The position numbers and the translations under genes were made by a program. A stretch of DNA of 60,257 bases from contig NC_058130.1 in the NCBI RefSeq assembly GCF_016433145.1, positions 780,366,911 through 780,427,167 of the forward strand, written 5' to 3'. The notes beneath the pieces were generated by a model. The model did no database searches and was not told where the DNA came from. It saw only the letters and a list, made by a program, of their open reading frames with translations. Positions 23,747-35,700 of this stretch are shown here, one piece after another. Positions within the stretch are counted from its first letter, which is position 1. Each line of letters begins with the position of its first letter. This stretch comes from Gracilinanus agilis. Taxonomy: Eukaryota.

Positions 23747-26700
23747 CTACTGGTCGCACGATGGCTCCCCTGCCCTTTGGGGGCCACCAGAAGCAGTGAG
23801 GAGAGCACAGAGCCCCTCGTCCGGCCCTGGCCGCCTGCCGTCCTCCGGCCGAGAAGCCATGCCGTGCCGAGTGAGCACGGCCCGAGCCTTCTCCCAGGCC
23901 TCCTTCAGCTCCTCGGCAGAGCAGCCGGCTTCAGGCGCTGCCTCGTCACCGCCTGGCGGGGCCTCCAGAACCCGGGCCAAGAGCTCAGCCTCCACCAGCA
24001 GCACGGCGAGGGCCGTGTGCACCTTGGGGCAGCCCAGGGCCTTCAGGAACAGAGTGTCGGCACCGTCTGAAAGGGGGATCAGAGCAGGGGATGGAGAACG
24101 CCCCCAGGGGGCAGAGCCCTCGGCCAGAGAGACGAGGGCTGGCCTTGGGCCTGCCCGGAGTCTAGCAGCACCCATCAAAGCACACCTCTGGGAGCTCCGC
24201 CCCCTCCCACCCCGGCTGTGGGCCACCCTCAGCCTCCTCCTTCCCTCCACTGCGTGAGGCTCCAAGGCAGAAGAGCCATAAGGGCTGGGTACTGGGGGTT
24301 AAGTGATTCACCCAGGGTCTCACTGCGAGGAGGTGCCAGAGGGCAGATTTGAACCCAGGACCTCCTATGTCTGGGCCACTGAGCCACCTAGCTGCCCCTC
24401 ATCCTCCTCTTGAGCTAGCCTTCTCCTTCCCTGTGTAGCACCCCCAATACACACTAGAATATAATCTCCTTGAGGCCAAGGATGGTTTTGTTTTTGTCTC
24501 CGGCTCCCTAACATCTAATACAGGAACTTGTGCATAGGAGGTCCTTAATGGAGGTTGAATTCCCACCTCTGCACCTTTGCTCAGACCATGCCCCCCACCA
24601 GAATGCTCTCCTCCCTGCTTTAGCTTGGTTTTCCCTCGGCCTCTCTGCAGCACACAACATAGCCAGGCTGTGACCCCCCCCCCCCGGGGTCTGGCCCCCA
24701 AGGGCAGGGCCTCAGTCCTCCTCACCCAGATGAGAATTCTTCTGACCCACAGTCACGCCCTTGGCCTGATGCTCTCCCACCTACCTTGACTCCACCAGAG
24801 GCAGCAGCGACGGAGGCTCTGAAGGACTGCAGGGGCTCGAGCCACTGCCCACTGCTGGGCCTTGGCTCGGAGGGGTGCTTCGTCCTCAGCCTTGTCCAGC
24901 ATTTGGAGCAAGAAGGGGAGCAGCAGCTGGGCAAACACAGCCGGCTCGGCAAAGAAGTTGTCTCCATCCTCTTCGTAGAGGCTGGGGGTCCTAGAAGGGA
25001 AGCACATCAGCCCTGGCTCAGGAGGCCCCAAGGGACTCCCGAGCCCCGGCCCAGCCCTCACCCAGAGCCTAGGAAGCCCAGCCTGCAGCAGGCCCTAGAG
25101 CCCTGCTCCAAGAACGGCAGCTCTTGCCTGCCTGGGGCTCTGAGGCTCAGCAGGCACTTTTCTCAATGTTGCCCTGAGCTGGCCTCCCCTCACCACATGG
25201 TCCTGGGGGGCCCCCTGGCCCAGGCTAGCTTCCTCCTAGCAGCTGACCTGCTCTGAGGAGGCCCCAGGCCCTCGCTAGCTCATGCCCAGCAGTCAGCCTG
25301 CTCCGAGGGGCTCAGAGAATGGAGAGGGAGACCGAGGTCCTCACCGACTAGTGCCGATCTCCTCCAAGAGGCCCTCCAGATCACACTGGGGGAGGTGGCG
25401 CAACAGAAGTGGCCAGGTGTCCTCGCAGGCCCCAAAGTGGGTCCCAATGACCCGAAGCAGCAAGAGCAGTCCCTGATTGGCCTGCAGCGTCATGCCAGCC
25501 TCCCAGGGCTGGGCCCCTATCTGTTGGGCCAGGAGGCTGGCAAACATGGATGCTTCCAGCCTCACTGCCTTGTCCTCATCTTGCAGCAGGAAAATACCAG
25601 CATTCAAAAGCCTGAGGGGGGAAAAGTACATGTAGTCAGGAAGTGCAGGACCAGGCCAGGGGAGCTGAGAGGGAGAGCAACGTTTCCATGGGAGGCAGAG
25701 GAACGGGGCGCCACAGGAGAAAGGAGGCCGCTGGCACCAGCCCCTCTCCTCTGCCTAAGCCGTGAGGGCAGAGCATCCCACAATGGAGGTGTGCACCCAC
25801 GTACCCCAAATGGCCTTGATTATAACTAACCCCCATGGCGGGGGTGGGGAGGGGGGGGTTAGGGGGGGGTCAGACTCAGTTGCCAAATGAAGGGGTGGGA
25901 TGAGATGGCTGAGGCGCCTTCCCCTTCTAGAGCTGGGAGCCCTGCATTTCCATTTGCTAGAGACCCAGAGGTGCCAGCCAGAAGCAAAAAGTTCTCCTAC
26001 AGCCCAGCTCAGTTTGCTTCTCACTGTGCCATCTTGTCTCTCAAGAGTCTTGCTTCCCCCTCATAGTTTCACCAGGTCCAAGAGCTTCCTGCCTGGCCCT
26101 CAAAGAACCAAATCACTGCCACCTTTGCCTCTGGAAAGGCCAAATCAACGACTGTGGCTGCTTTGGGGCTCCACTCTCTGTCTCTGTGACTTCTTGAACC
26201 CAAACACCCCTAGCGGCCATCATTCTCCCCAGGTATGTCCCCTTCCCCACTCCTGTCTCCTGTCTTCCTATTTGTATTTCGTCTTAATAAAAGCTCATTT
26301 GTTCCTTCATTCTGCCTGAAAACACCCACCAGCAGCCATCAGGTAGGCTGGGTGACCTGCCCAGGTCCAGGCCATTCTACCATTGCAGAGCAGAGCACAG
26401 TATGGACCCTTCATTTCCCCCTTCTCCCTGAAGCCTTCCCTGATTATCCCAGCCTAAAACAGGTTCTTCCTCCTCTTGCTCCAGTCAAATCGGCCCACTT
26501 GTCCTTCTCTGTACAGGGATTTCATCTCCCGCCTCCATGCCTTTCAATAGGCTCTGTCCTATGTACCCAGCTGTCCAGTTGGAAGACCTCAAAGCTGGGT
26601 GCCAGCCATCTAGTCCAGATGACTCGAAGACTGACTTCTCTACTTCAGCCAAATGTCATCTAGTCTAGCCAACTACGCCAGGCAGAATTCCCTGCCATAT

Positions 26701-29700
26701 TCCTCTTGGCAAGAGGCCATTCAGTCTGAACTTGGACACTCCGAGTGACAGGGAATTCACTCTATCACAGCTCTTTCTTTATCTTGGGCTCAGATAAATG
26801 TCCTTATAGAGTGTTCTATCTGCTGTCCACTTAAAAGCACGAGTCTCCTCTCACAGGCTGGATTGTGAACTCCTTGAGAGAAGGACTACATTTTCCCTCC
26901 TTCCTCATGTCCTCATAGAGCAACGGTCGGCAACCTTTTTGGCCGTGAGAGCCATAAACGCCTGCGGAAGGAGGAGGATGGAGGCGGAAGGTGCTGGAAT
27001 ATGGGGCTGGGGCTGAGGGGCCCCCTGGGGCACATCCTGGGGCTCTGCCCAGACTGGCCGGTCGGGAGGTGGAGCCAGATATGGCTCGAGAGCCATAAGT
27101 TGCCGACCCCTGTCACAGAGCATGGCCTAGCGCTAAAGAACCTCAGAGTTGATAGACCTCATCTAAGCCGGACCTGGCCAATGGCTAATCAATCTTCATT
27201 TGAGAACCTCCAATGATGGGGAGCCCCCCCACTTTCTGGAGATGGCCCCTTCCAGTGCGGGTCAGTTCTTGTCGTTAGAAAATTTCCCTAACATCAACCC
27301 CAAATCTACCTACCTGTAACTTAAGAGACCAAAGATCTAGGCCTAGAAGGGCCTTCTATAGAGGCCACTGAGTCCAAATCCCTCATTTTACAGATGAAGA
27401 GAGATGACGTAACTTCCCCAGTCGCACAGCCAGAAAGGGACAGTGCTGGGATCTGAACTCAGGTCTTGTGACTCCAATTTTAACATTCTTCCCGACGCTC
27501 TCCAATGCTTTCCCTCCAATGCTCCCGGCTCTTCCCTCTGGGGCTAACCAGAACAAGGCTATCCATGTTCCAGGTAAGAGTCCTACACATCTTTAAGGGC
27601 ATTTCACTTCCCCCAAACAGTGCTCACCTGCCCTATTTGCCCTTCTAGCTTTCCCTTTTTGGCCCTGGCGTGTGGCAGATCCCAACCAGCTGGCACTGGA
27701 GTTATCCATCATGGCCTGAGCCTATCCCAGAGGTCCTGGAGCAGCTTACCGGAGAGCCAGAGCTGCCACAGTGGGCTCCGAGTCTGCCCAGGCTTCAATC
27801 ACCACCTGGACCCCAGCCAGGCGGAGGGACTGCGCTGCTGCCAGTCTCAGCTCCTCACTGGTGCGGGGCTCACTCCAGCGTTCGAGAACCAGGCTCCAGG
27901 GGCCCAAGCCAGAAAAGTCCTCAGGCCTGGGAGTCGAGATAAAGACAAAGAGGGAAGATGCCATCACAGAAGGCCCACCAAGAGATCCCCAGCCCAGGCT
28001 AACACCCAGACTCACAGGAGTCACCTCGTAGGGCAGAGAACTGGAAAGAGCCCCGGGCTTGGAGTTCAGGATATTATGAACACAGGACAGTTATGGAAAG
28101 GAAGGGATGTCCAGGACACAGTCACTAATCAGGACAAGTGGATGGGAGGACAGGCATCAGCAACAGTGTTTGATGTCCCAGTAGAGAGGCCTTGAGCAGG
28201 TCCTTTGCCTGCTCTGAACCTCAGTTTCTCTCTCAAATGGGATCACAAACTCGTTCTCCCTCCTGTGCGAGTGGTTTAGAGGAAAAGAACTCATCAGTTC
28301 CAAAGGGCTGAAGAAATCTGTACCACCACTGTCACCGCTGCCGTGCTCCCTCTCGCCTGGGCCTAGGGAGAACTCCCAGGTGCCCCTGCCCTGTCCTACA
28401 GATCAACCGCTCAGGTGGGAAATCCTGGGCAAAGTTGTATCCCTCCCAGTCTGCCTCAGTGTCCTCATCTGTAAAATGGGGATGAGAACAGCCCCGGCCT
28501 CCCAGGGTGGCTGTGAGGAGCACTTCGTAACAATCATAGTCTATTATTATTGTTGTTGTTGTTAGGAAGGACTAGTGGCTCATGGGGCTCCCAGCTCTCT
28601 AAAGCCCCTAGCATGAAAGAAGGCGTCCAACAGCGGCTTAGTCTAGCCTCTAGAGCTAACATTGCCTCTTCTGGCGCTCTGACGCTCACAGAACCCTTCG
28701 GAGACACAATCCCTAGGAGGGCAGGGGTACGGGCATTGTTGCCTCCATTTTACAGATGGGGAGACTGAGTCTTGGAGAAAGAGAAGAGACTCTTCCTTGT
28801 GGCAGAGGGGGCCCCTCCTCCAAGACTCTTCAAGAACATTTAGCCTAAGCCACTGAAATCCCAGCTGAGGAGGCCAAAGCCCAGGGAATGGCAGAGGCGT
28901 GCCCAAATACCCAGGAAGCAGGCAGCAGAGTGGGATGGGGCTGGGGGGGCTCAAGCCCAAGGCCGTGAGATCACAGAGGCTCAGAGTAAGAGCTGAAGGA
29001 GGCTTGAGGTCACCCGAGCCCTAAATGGCAGGTAGGATGTGGCCAGGCACCTCTGACTCCAAGGTCAGAGCTCCAGCGACCTGGTACAGAGTGGCACCCC
29101 GCCCCCCCAGCCTGCACGAGGTGGCCCCCTCGTGCCCTACAGAGGGCCCCCCAGCCCCTGCACTGAGGGCCCCCCATTTGGCACAGGGAGATCCTTCCCC
29201 CTACTCCCCACCCCTCAGTCAGAGTGCCCAGCAATGGCGGTGGGAGGAGGGGGGACGCCCTACCCCAGGGTCAGGAGCAGGCTGAGGGCGGGCAGTGCCC
29301 TGCTCTGGAGGGTCGGGCTGGTGCCAGCCGTCTCCACCAAGGAGAGCAGTTGATCTAGGCAGTCTGGGGGTGGCAGCGGCAAGAGCGGGTCATTGTGGGC
29401 AGACGGGTCCTCGTGCAGGTGCACCAAGGCCTCCAGGTGCAGCTTCAGGCCTTCGGGGCTGCCTCCCTCCTGCAGCACAGGCCACAGCGTCTCCTGGGGA
29501 GGCCAGAGAGTCAGACTCGGACCCCAGACCGTCCTGCCGCCGCCACCCCCCACCCCTGGGTGCCTCCCCAGCTCCTGGGCCTCCTGCTTGGCCAGGCTCG
29601 GGTCTGCTCCTCCCTCTGCGGAGGGCCTGGCGGAAGGGGGTTCGACAGGGCTCGGCTCCCACGCGGATGTGGGCAGAGAAGGTGGGGGATCAGGCAAGGC

Positions 29701-32700
29701 AGGAGCTCACCAGCAGCAGGGCCCGAAGAACACTGGCCACAGGCTTGCAGCGGCCCCCCTCTTCCAGCACCCAGGCCAGGACGGCCTGGCGCACCTCGGG
29801 GTCCGGCCCTCGGAGCAGGGAGCCCAGGGCCCAGGCCCGGGTGGAGTCGGCCAACCTCCTGGCCTCCCCGCAAAGGAATCTGGCGCACTCCTGCCGCAGC
29901 ACGCTGGAGCCCACCTGAGAAGCAAGGCAAGCCCCCGCCGGGGTGGCTCAGCACCGACGGCGTGCCAGGCCCGAAGCCCCCAGCCCAGCCAGAGAGCATT
30001 CACGGGGGAGCAGCCTGGACACTGCTGGCCTCCGTGTCTCCACCAGAGGCTCCCTGACCTCAGTCTCCCTCTCTGTGAATGGGGATAAGAAGAGCAACAG
30101 CCCCCCTCACAGGGTTGAGGGGCTCCCCGGCTGCTGGGGCTGATCTGTTCCCCAGCCCCCTCTCCTCACTGGAGGCCCTGCCCAGTGAGAGGCCGGCTCC
30201 TCCCCACCATCCCTGCCTGGCCTCCCTCTGTACCCAGGGCCGGCCTGGCCAGCACCGAGTCCAGCCCCACAGCAGGGCTTCTACCTGAGCCTCCGGCCCG
30301 GGGTGGCCCAGCTCCCAGGCTACGGCGGACTCAACCTTCTTCAGGAAGTTCTTGCTGCAGCTGCCGGCCAGCAGGGAGAGAAGCCGCAAGTAGGCCGAGC
30401 GGATCAATGGGCAGCGCTGGGCAGGGGTAAGCAGCCAGAAGCCGTCCTCTGCCTGAGACACCGCGGCCTGCAGGTCCTGGGAGGACTGACTGTGGCCAGA
30501 GAGAAGCAGGGGCTCAGCCTCCTCCTCCAGGAAGGCCATCCTGTGCCCTCAGTCCCCAGTTAGGTGTCCTCTCCAGGGGTCCCCTGCCCACCTCCACACA
30601 ACAAGGGCCTCTGTACTCTCTTCGTATCCCCGGGGCCAAGCTTGGACCAACGGGGAGGAAGAGCCCTGGAGGGGGTCTGAGGCCTGGCCCCCCCATCCCC
30701 AGGCTCCCCTGGCCTCTGCGGGAGGCCCCCAGTGAGGAGAGGGAACAGCCAGCATTCACTGCACTTCCCACTACACCATCTCAGTTAACAGGTCGGAGCC
30801 TCAGCCTCTCTCTCTGGAGCACGGAGGCCTCGCACTCAGGCCCAGAGCCACGGGAGCCTTTCCTCTGGCCTCAGTTTCTCCATTGGTCAAATGACAGGGT
30901 GGGAGCCCTGAGGCTTCAGAGGGAACCCCTCCGGCCAAGTGACTGGTCCAAGGCCACACTGCCTCTGGATCCGACCCCAGAGCCCCATTTCTCTCTACTG
31001 CTCACGGCCTGTCTTGTCCAGCCATAACTGGGCAGGCCTCCCCTCCGGGCCACCCTGGAGCTCCCCCGCCAGGCTCACCTGGCGCTATCCTGGGTCAGCA
31101 GGGCATGAGCCGCCAGCAGGCGCCCGTGAAGCACGTTGTGGGGCCCGGGCCTCGCTACGTCCCCCAGCAGCCGCGGCAGGACCCACTTCGGCCCCCCCAG
31201 AGACACGAAGGGCACCAGGGCCCGGGCGGCCATGGCCCGCGTGGCGTAGACGGGGCTCGCCGACAGGTAGAGCAGCAGCTCCCGGAACCGCACTGCAGAG
31301 CTATGTTCGGGGTCAAGTGTGTGGTGAGCCCCTGAACTCAGGCCCCCGAACCCGGAGAGCTCAGGCCTGGGCTCTCCTCGGACAAGGCCCCCCACAGCCC
31401 CAGGTGGAGCCCGGGAGGGCCCCGGCACGGCCAGCAGGAAACCCCAGGCTAAGCGGAGCGGCCGGCGCCCGAGCACCGTGGGATGGCCGCGCCGAAGCCA
31501 GGGCGGCCTTCCTCCTTCGGGCCTCTGGCAGCAGCGGCCCAGGCCATCCTCCTCCTTCCTCTCTGGCCTCCCGGCCCATCTCAGCCTCCCTGCCTCCCTC
31601 CTGGGTGAGCTTTAGCCACCGCGGCCGCCCTCCCTCCAGGCCCTGCTCCCCCCACCGGAGCCCCAGTACCTGGTCAAATGCTCCGTGCCAGGCTGGAGTC
31701 TGGCCAGGAGGGTGAGGACAGCGTGGAGGGCAGGCCGGAGGCGGCCGTCCCCCATGCAGCGCAAGGAGGAGAGCAGCGGGGCCAGGAGGACGTCCTCCAG
31801 CTCCGGGTACAGGGTGAAGAAAGCCTCGGGGCTCAGGCCTTTGTGGGAGCCGCTGTCCGCCCGGCTCAGGCTCTGACCCAGCAGCCGGCCCATGAGGGCT
31901 CCTGGGAAGGCACATCCGGGCCATCCGCTCAGTGGCTCCACCCACAGAAGGGCCGCCAAAGCCCAAGCCCTGGCCCCAGCCCCGGCCGCCTCGACCTGGC
32001 CCCCGGCCCAGCCCCCCGGCCCAGCCCCGGCCCGAGGGACTTCCCGGTGGGGCTCCCACTCACCGAAGAGCTGGGTGCCGGCGTTCCTCATGGCCCAGCA
32101 AGGGGAGCCCAGCGCCGCCAGACACAGCTCGAGGAGGGGCCCGACCCACCTGAGCATCGGGGCCCCCAGGCCAGCGCCCCGGACCAGGGCCGGGAGCACG
32201 TGCAGAGCCGAGACCTGCGGGACAGCGAGCTCCTGGCGAGCGTGGCCGGGCCCGGCAGCCCACACCCCCACGGCGTCTCCCCGTCAGGCCCTCGAGCCTC
32301 CCGACGGGGCTGGAAACCCCATCTCGGCCCCAAGGATCGCCGTGCAGAGGCAGAGCGAGTGGCCAGTGGGCCTTGAGGGGTCAGTGGGTCAGCGAGGGGC
32401 GGAAGGACGGCCTTGCCGCAGGGCTCGTGGTCTGGACAAGAACCGAGGACCCGGGGAGGCCGAGGCCGAGGGAGACGCGGCCGCTTGGGGTCCGCTAAAG
32501 GATGTCCGTCAACCCGGGAGTGGCGCCTCTGCAGAGGGGCCGGGCGTGGTGACAGCCAAGAGGACGGCCACCTGGGGAAACCGAGGCAGGGCCCTCGGGC
32601 TCCCGGCAGATGGACACACGGCTCGCCGTGGGGAGGCCAGAAGGCACGCGGGTTCCCCGCTGGGCCTCTGGGGCTGGGGAGGTGCCGGGCCCGCCCTGCT

Positions 32701-35700
32701 CGGCCCCTCACCTGGGGCAGGTCCAGAGTCTGGTCCCAGGCCTGAGGCAGGGGCCTGCTGGCCAGATCGAGGAGCGTCTCCACGCAGCAGGCCAGGAGGG
32801 GCCGCACGCCAGTCGGTGGCTCCCCGGCCACTATGCTCTGGAGGAAGAGGGGGAAGCCTGCCGCCCGGCGGGTCACCGAGCTGTTCCGGGGGCCGCTCAG
32901 CAACTCCAGGCCCTTAAACAAATCGGGAGATGGCGTAAATGGGGGCCGACGGCCGGGCGGCGAGGGCCGAGCCCCCTCGGCCTCCCCCCGGGGCCCCCCA
33001 ACGCCACCCCCCCGAGGAGCCGCCGCTACCTGGGCGAGCAGCTTCTGGGGCAGCTCCTGCAGCTCCGGCTCGGGCTGGCCCAGCAGCGTCCTGCAGAGCG
33101 TGGTGAGGCCGGAGGCGCAGCCCTCCAGAGCGCCCTGTGGGTGCAAAGAGGGGAGGGACAGGGGAGCGCCGCGGGGTCAGGAGGGGGCGGGGGGCTAAGC
33201 CGGGGGCCCTGCCGCTCGCCGAGACCCTCCCGGCCACCCCCGGCGGCCTCGCCAGGGCCCGGGCAAGCCGGGGAGGAGGAAGGAGCTTCCAGAAGGCTCA
33301 GGACACTCACCCAGTGGCGGCACCTGAGCAGCAGCCCCTGCAGGGTGGCCACGATGGTCTGCAGGCCCTCCGGGGGCAGGAGCGGAGACTCAGAGCCGGC
33401 CGTCGGCGGGGCCAGCAGCAGGACCTTCTCTGCCAGGCCTCCCAGAAGCAGGCCGATCTCCTGGGCAAGAGCGTGAGGGCACGCGTGAGGCTGCGGCCAG
33501 GGGGGTCAGAGCAGCCCCCGAAGGGCTTCCCCAGCCTCCCGGCCAAGGGAGAGCACCCCGACGTGCCTGGCTGGCCCCCCTCCGCTCTCCTGTCTCTGCC
33601 CCCAGGAGGCAGCGCCCAGAGAAGGAGGAGGAGCTGGCCAAGCCTCCACTCTGACATCCCTGACGAGCGGCTGCCTGGCATCTCCCCGAAGACCTCCAAG
33701 AACGGAGGGACCCCTGGAGGCGGCTCCCAGTGCCGGGACAGCTTCCCCCCTTGGGGCCAAACAGAGCACAGACGCCCCCCATGGTGGACTCTCGGGCCCT
33801 TGAGGACGGCTCCTCTGCCCCGCCTTGACCTTCTCCTCTCCAGGCTCCACATTCCCAGTTCCTCGGCGTCCACCGTGGGGGCCCGCCCTCAGGGGTGCCT
33901 CCTCCTTCCTGCGGTGGGAGCCTGTCCCAGACCGGGCCATCCTGTCCACTCCCAGCCCGCGGCCCCGGACCCTAGGCCGGAGCTCACCCTCACCGTGTCT
34001 GCCCATCCCGGGCTGCCTCCTCTCACCTTGGCAGAGATCCAGCAGCAGGTGAGGATGCGTCCCTGCTCCTCGGACAGCAGGAGTGGGGGTTCTCCCTCCT
34101 CCTCCTCGGCCCCAAAGTCCCCAGCTCTGCCCTGCCACACAGCGGCGTTGATGGCCGCCCCCATGTCAGCCAGGGAGGGTGCAGCAGCTACCAAGACACC
34201 ACAGCGAGGGTCGCCACGGGGCTCCCGGACACGAGGGCACCCAGAAAGGGGAGGCCCTGGGAGGGGGGCTTGAAAGGGGCCCCAGCCCACCCGGGGACAC
34301 TGCCCCCTGGCCCCGTTGGCACGGGTACCCACCTGGCTGCAGGTCTTCTCCGGAGCCCTGCAGGACGGCCAGAAGGAAGGAGGCGACCTCAGCCAGCATC
34401 GTCACGGTGTTCATGAGCAGCTCCTGCCAGGACTCCTGGGTAGGGGTCTGCTGCATGGACAGGCTGGTGCAGGGGGCCTCCAGGAGGCATCGGCGCAGGG
34501 CGCACAGAGGTCCTGGGAAAAGGACACCTTCTCGGCGAGGGCCCCGGTTCCTCCTTTGCCCAGCCCTGCCCAGCCCGTCTTTGCGGGAGCCCCAAATTCC
34601 CAAAAGCCTCCCAACACTGGCTGCCTGGAAACCAAGAGGGAGGGGATGGCAGGGGCCAAAGGCAGAGGGAAGGGAAGAGTGAGACCAGGGTGGGCTTAGA
34701 GGGACCAGGAGAGACACGTAGAGAACACTGGAGATGAGAGAGAGAGAATGGGAGGGAAGAGAGAACAAGATGAGGAAACCCTGGGGAGAAAATTCCCTAA
34801 ATTCCCCACAGAAGACCACAGGGAAGAAAAAGAATGAGGGGAAGGACACGAATGGGGGCAGAGGCCACGGAGAGAGGATGGGGCGGCGGGAAGAATGGCC
34901 ACAGAGGGAGACAGAAATCAGGGAAACCCTGGGGAAAAGAGAGAACCGGGGGAGGCAGGAAGTACAAGCACAACAACAGATCGGGAAAGAGAGCCTTGGC
35001 ACAGAGTGAAAAGGGAAAACTGAGGGGACACCAGCAGGAAGAGAAAGAAATGGGGGCACCCAGTGGTAAGAAGAAGCAAGGGCAGCCAACGGTGAAGAGA
35101 GAGGAACAAGGGNAGTGGTAAAGAGAGAATGGGGGGACACGGGAGAGAGCCAGGGGACCCACTAGGGAAGAGACAGCTGGACAGCACATAAGGAAGTGAG
35201 AAGACATGGTGTGTGGAGGGCAGTAAACAGGGTTAGAGGCTCCTCAGTCCCCCCAGAAGCCCCTACCATGGAGTGGCTGAGTGCAGGCAACCTGCAGCAG
35301 ATCTTGCTGGGCCGCAGTGTGACGCTCTTGAAGCAAACGGAGAAGGTAGGAGACGAGAATGAGGCTGGGGCAGTCGGGGGCTGGGCCGTCCTCCTCAGGC
35401 CCGGGGACAATCTTCTGGAGGGTGTCACTGTCCACTCTGCCAAAGATGAGAGCACACGTTGCCTCCCGGCAACCCTCAGGCTCAGGAAGCCTGGCCAAGA
35501 ACCCCGAGTCCCACCACCTCCCCTTCACCCCAAGAGGCAGCCCTGAGAGGCAGAGTGGAGGAGAGGAAGGCCCCAGTGGGTGGGGGAAGGAGAAAAGGGA
35601 AGCCTGAGTCTCTGAGCCCACCCTGCCCCCTTCTCCACCCCAAAGCCTTACTTCTGCAGCAAGGTCTGCATCATGAGGGCCCCAGCTTCCACCTCCTGCC

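Noticed and set aside
31361-34273. Long plus-strand and off-frame ORFs (e.g. 33137-34273, 378 aa; 31892-32917, 341 aa; 31678-32376)
   Set aside because: They are antisense or shifted shadows of GC-rich THADA-like exons and introns, Pro/Gly/Arg/Ala-rich with no recognisable domain.
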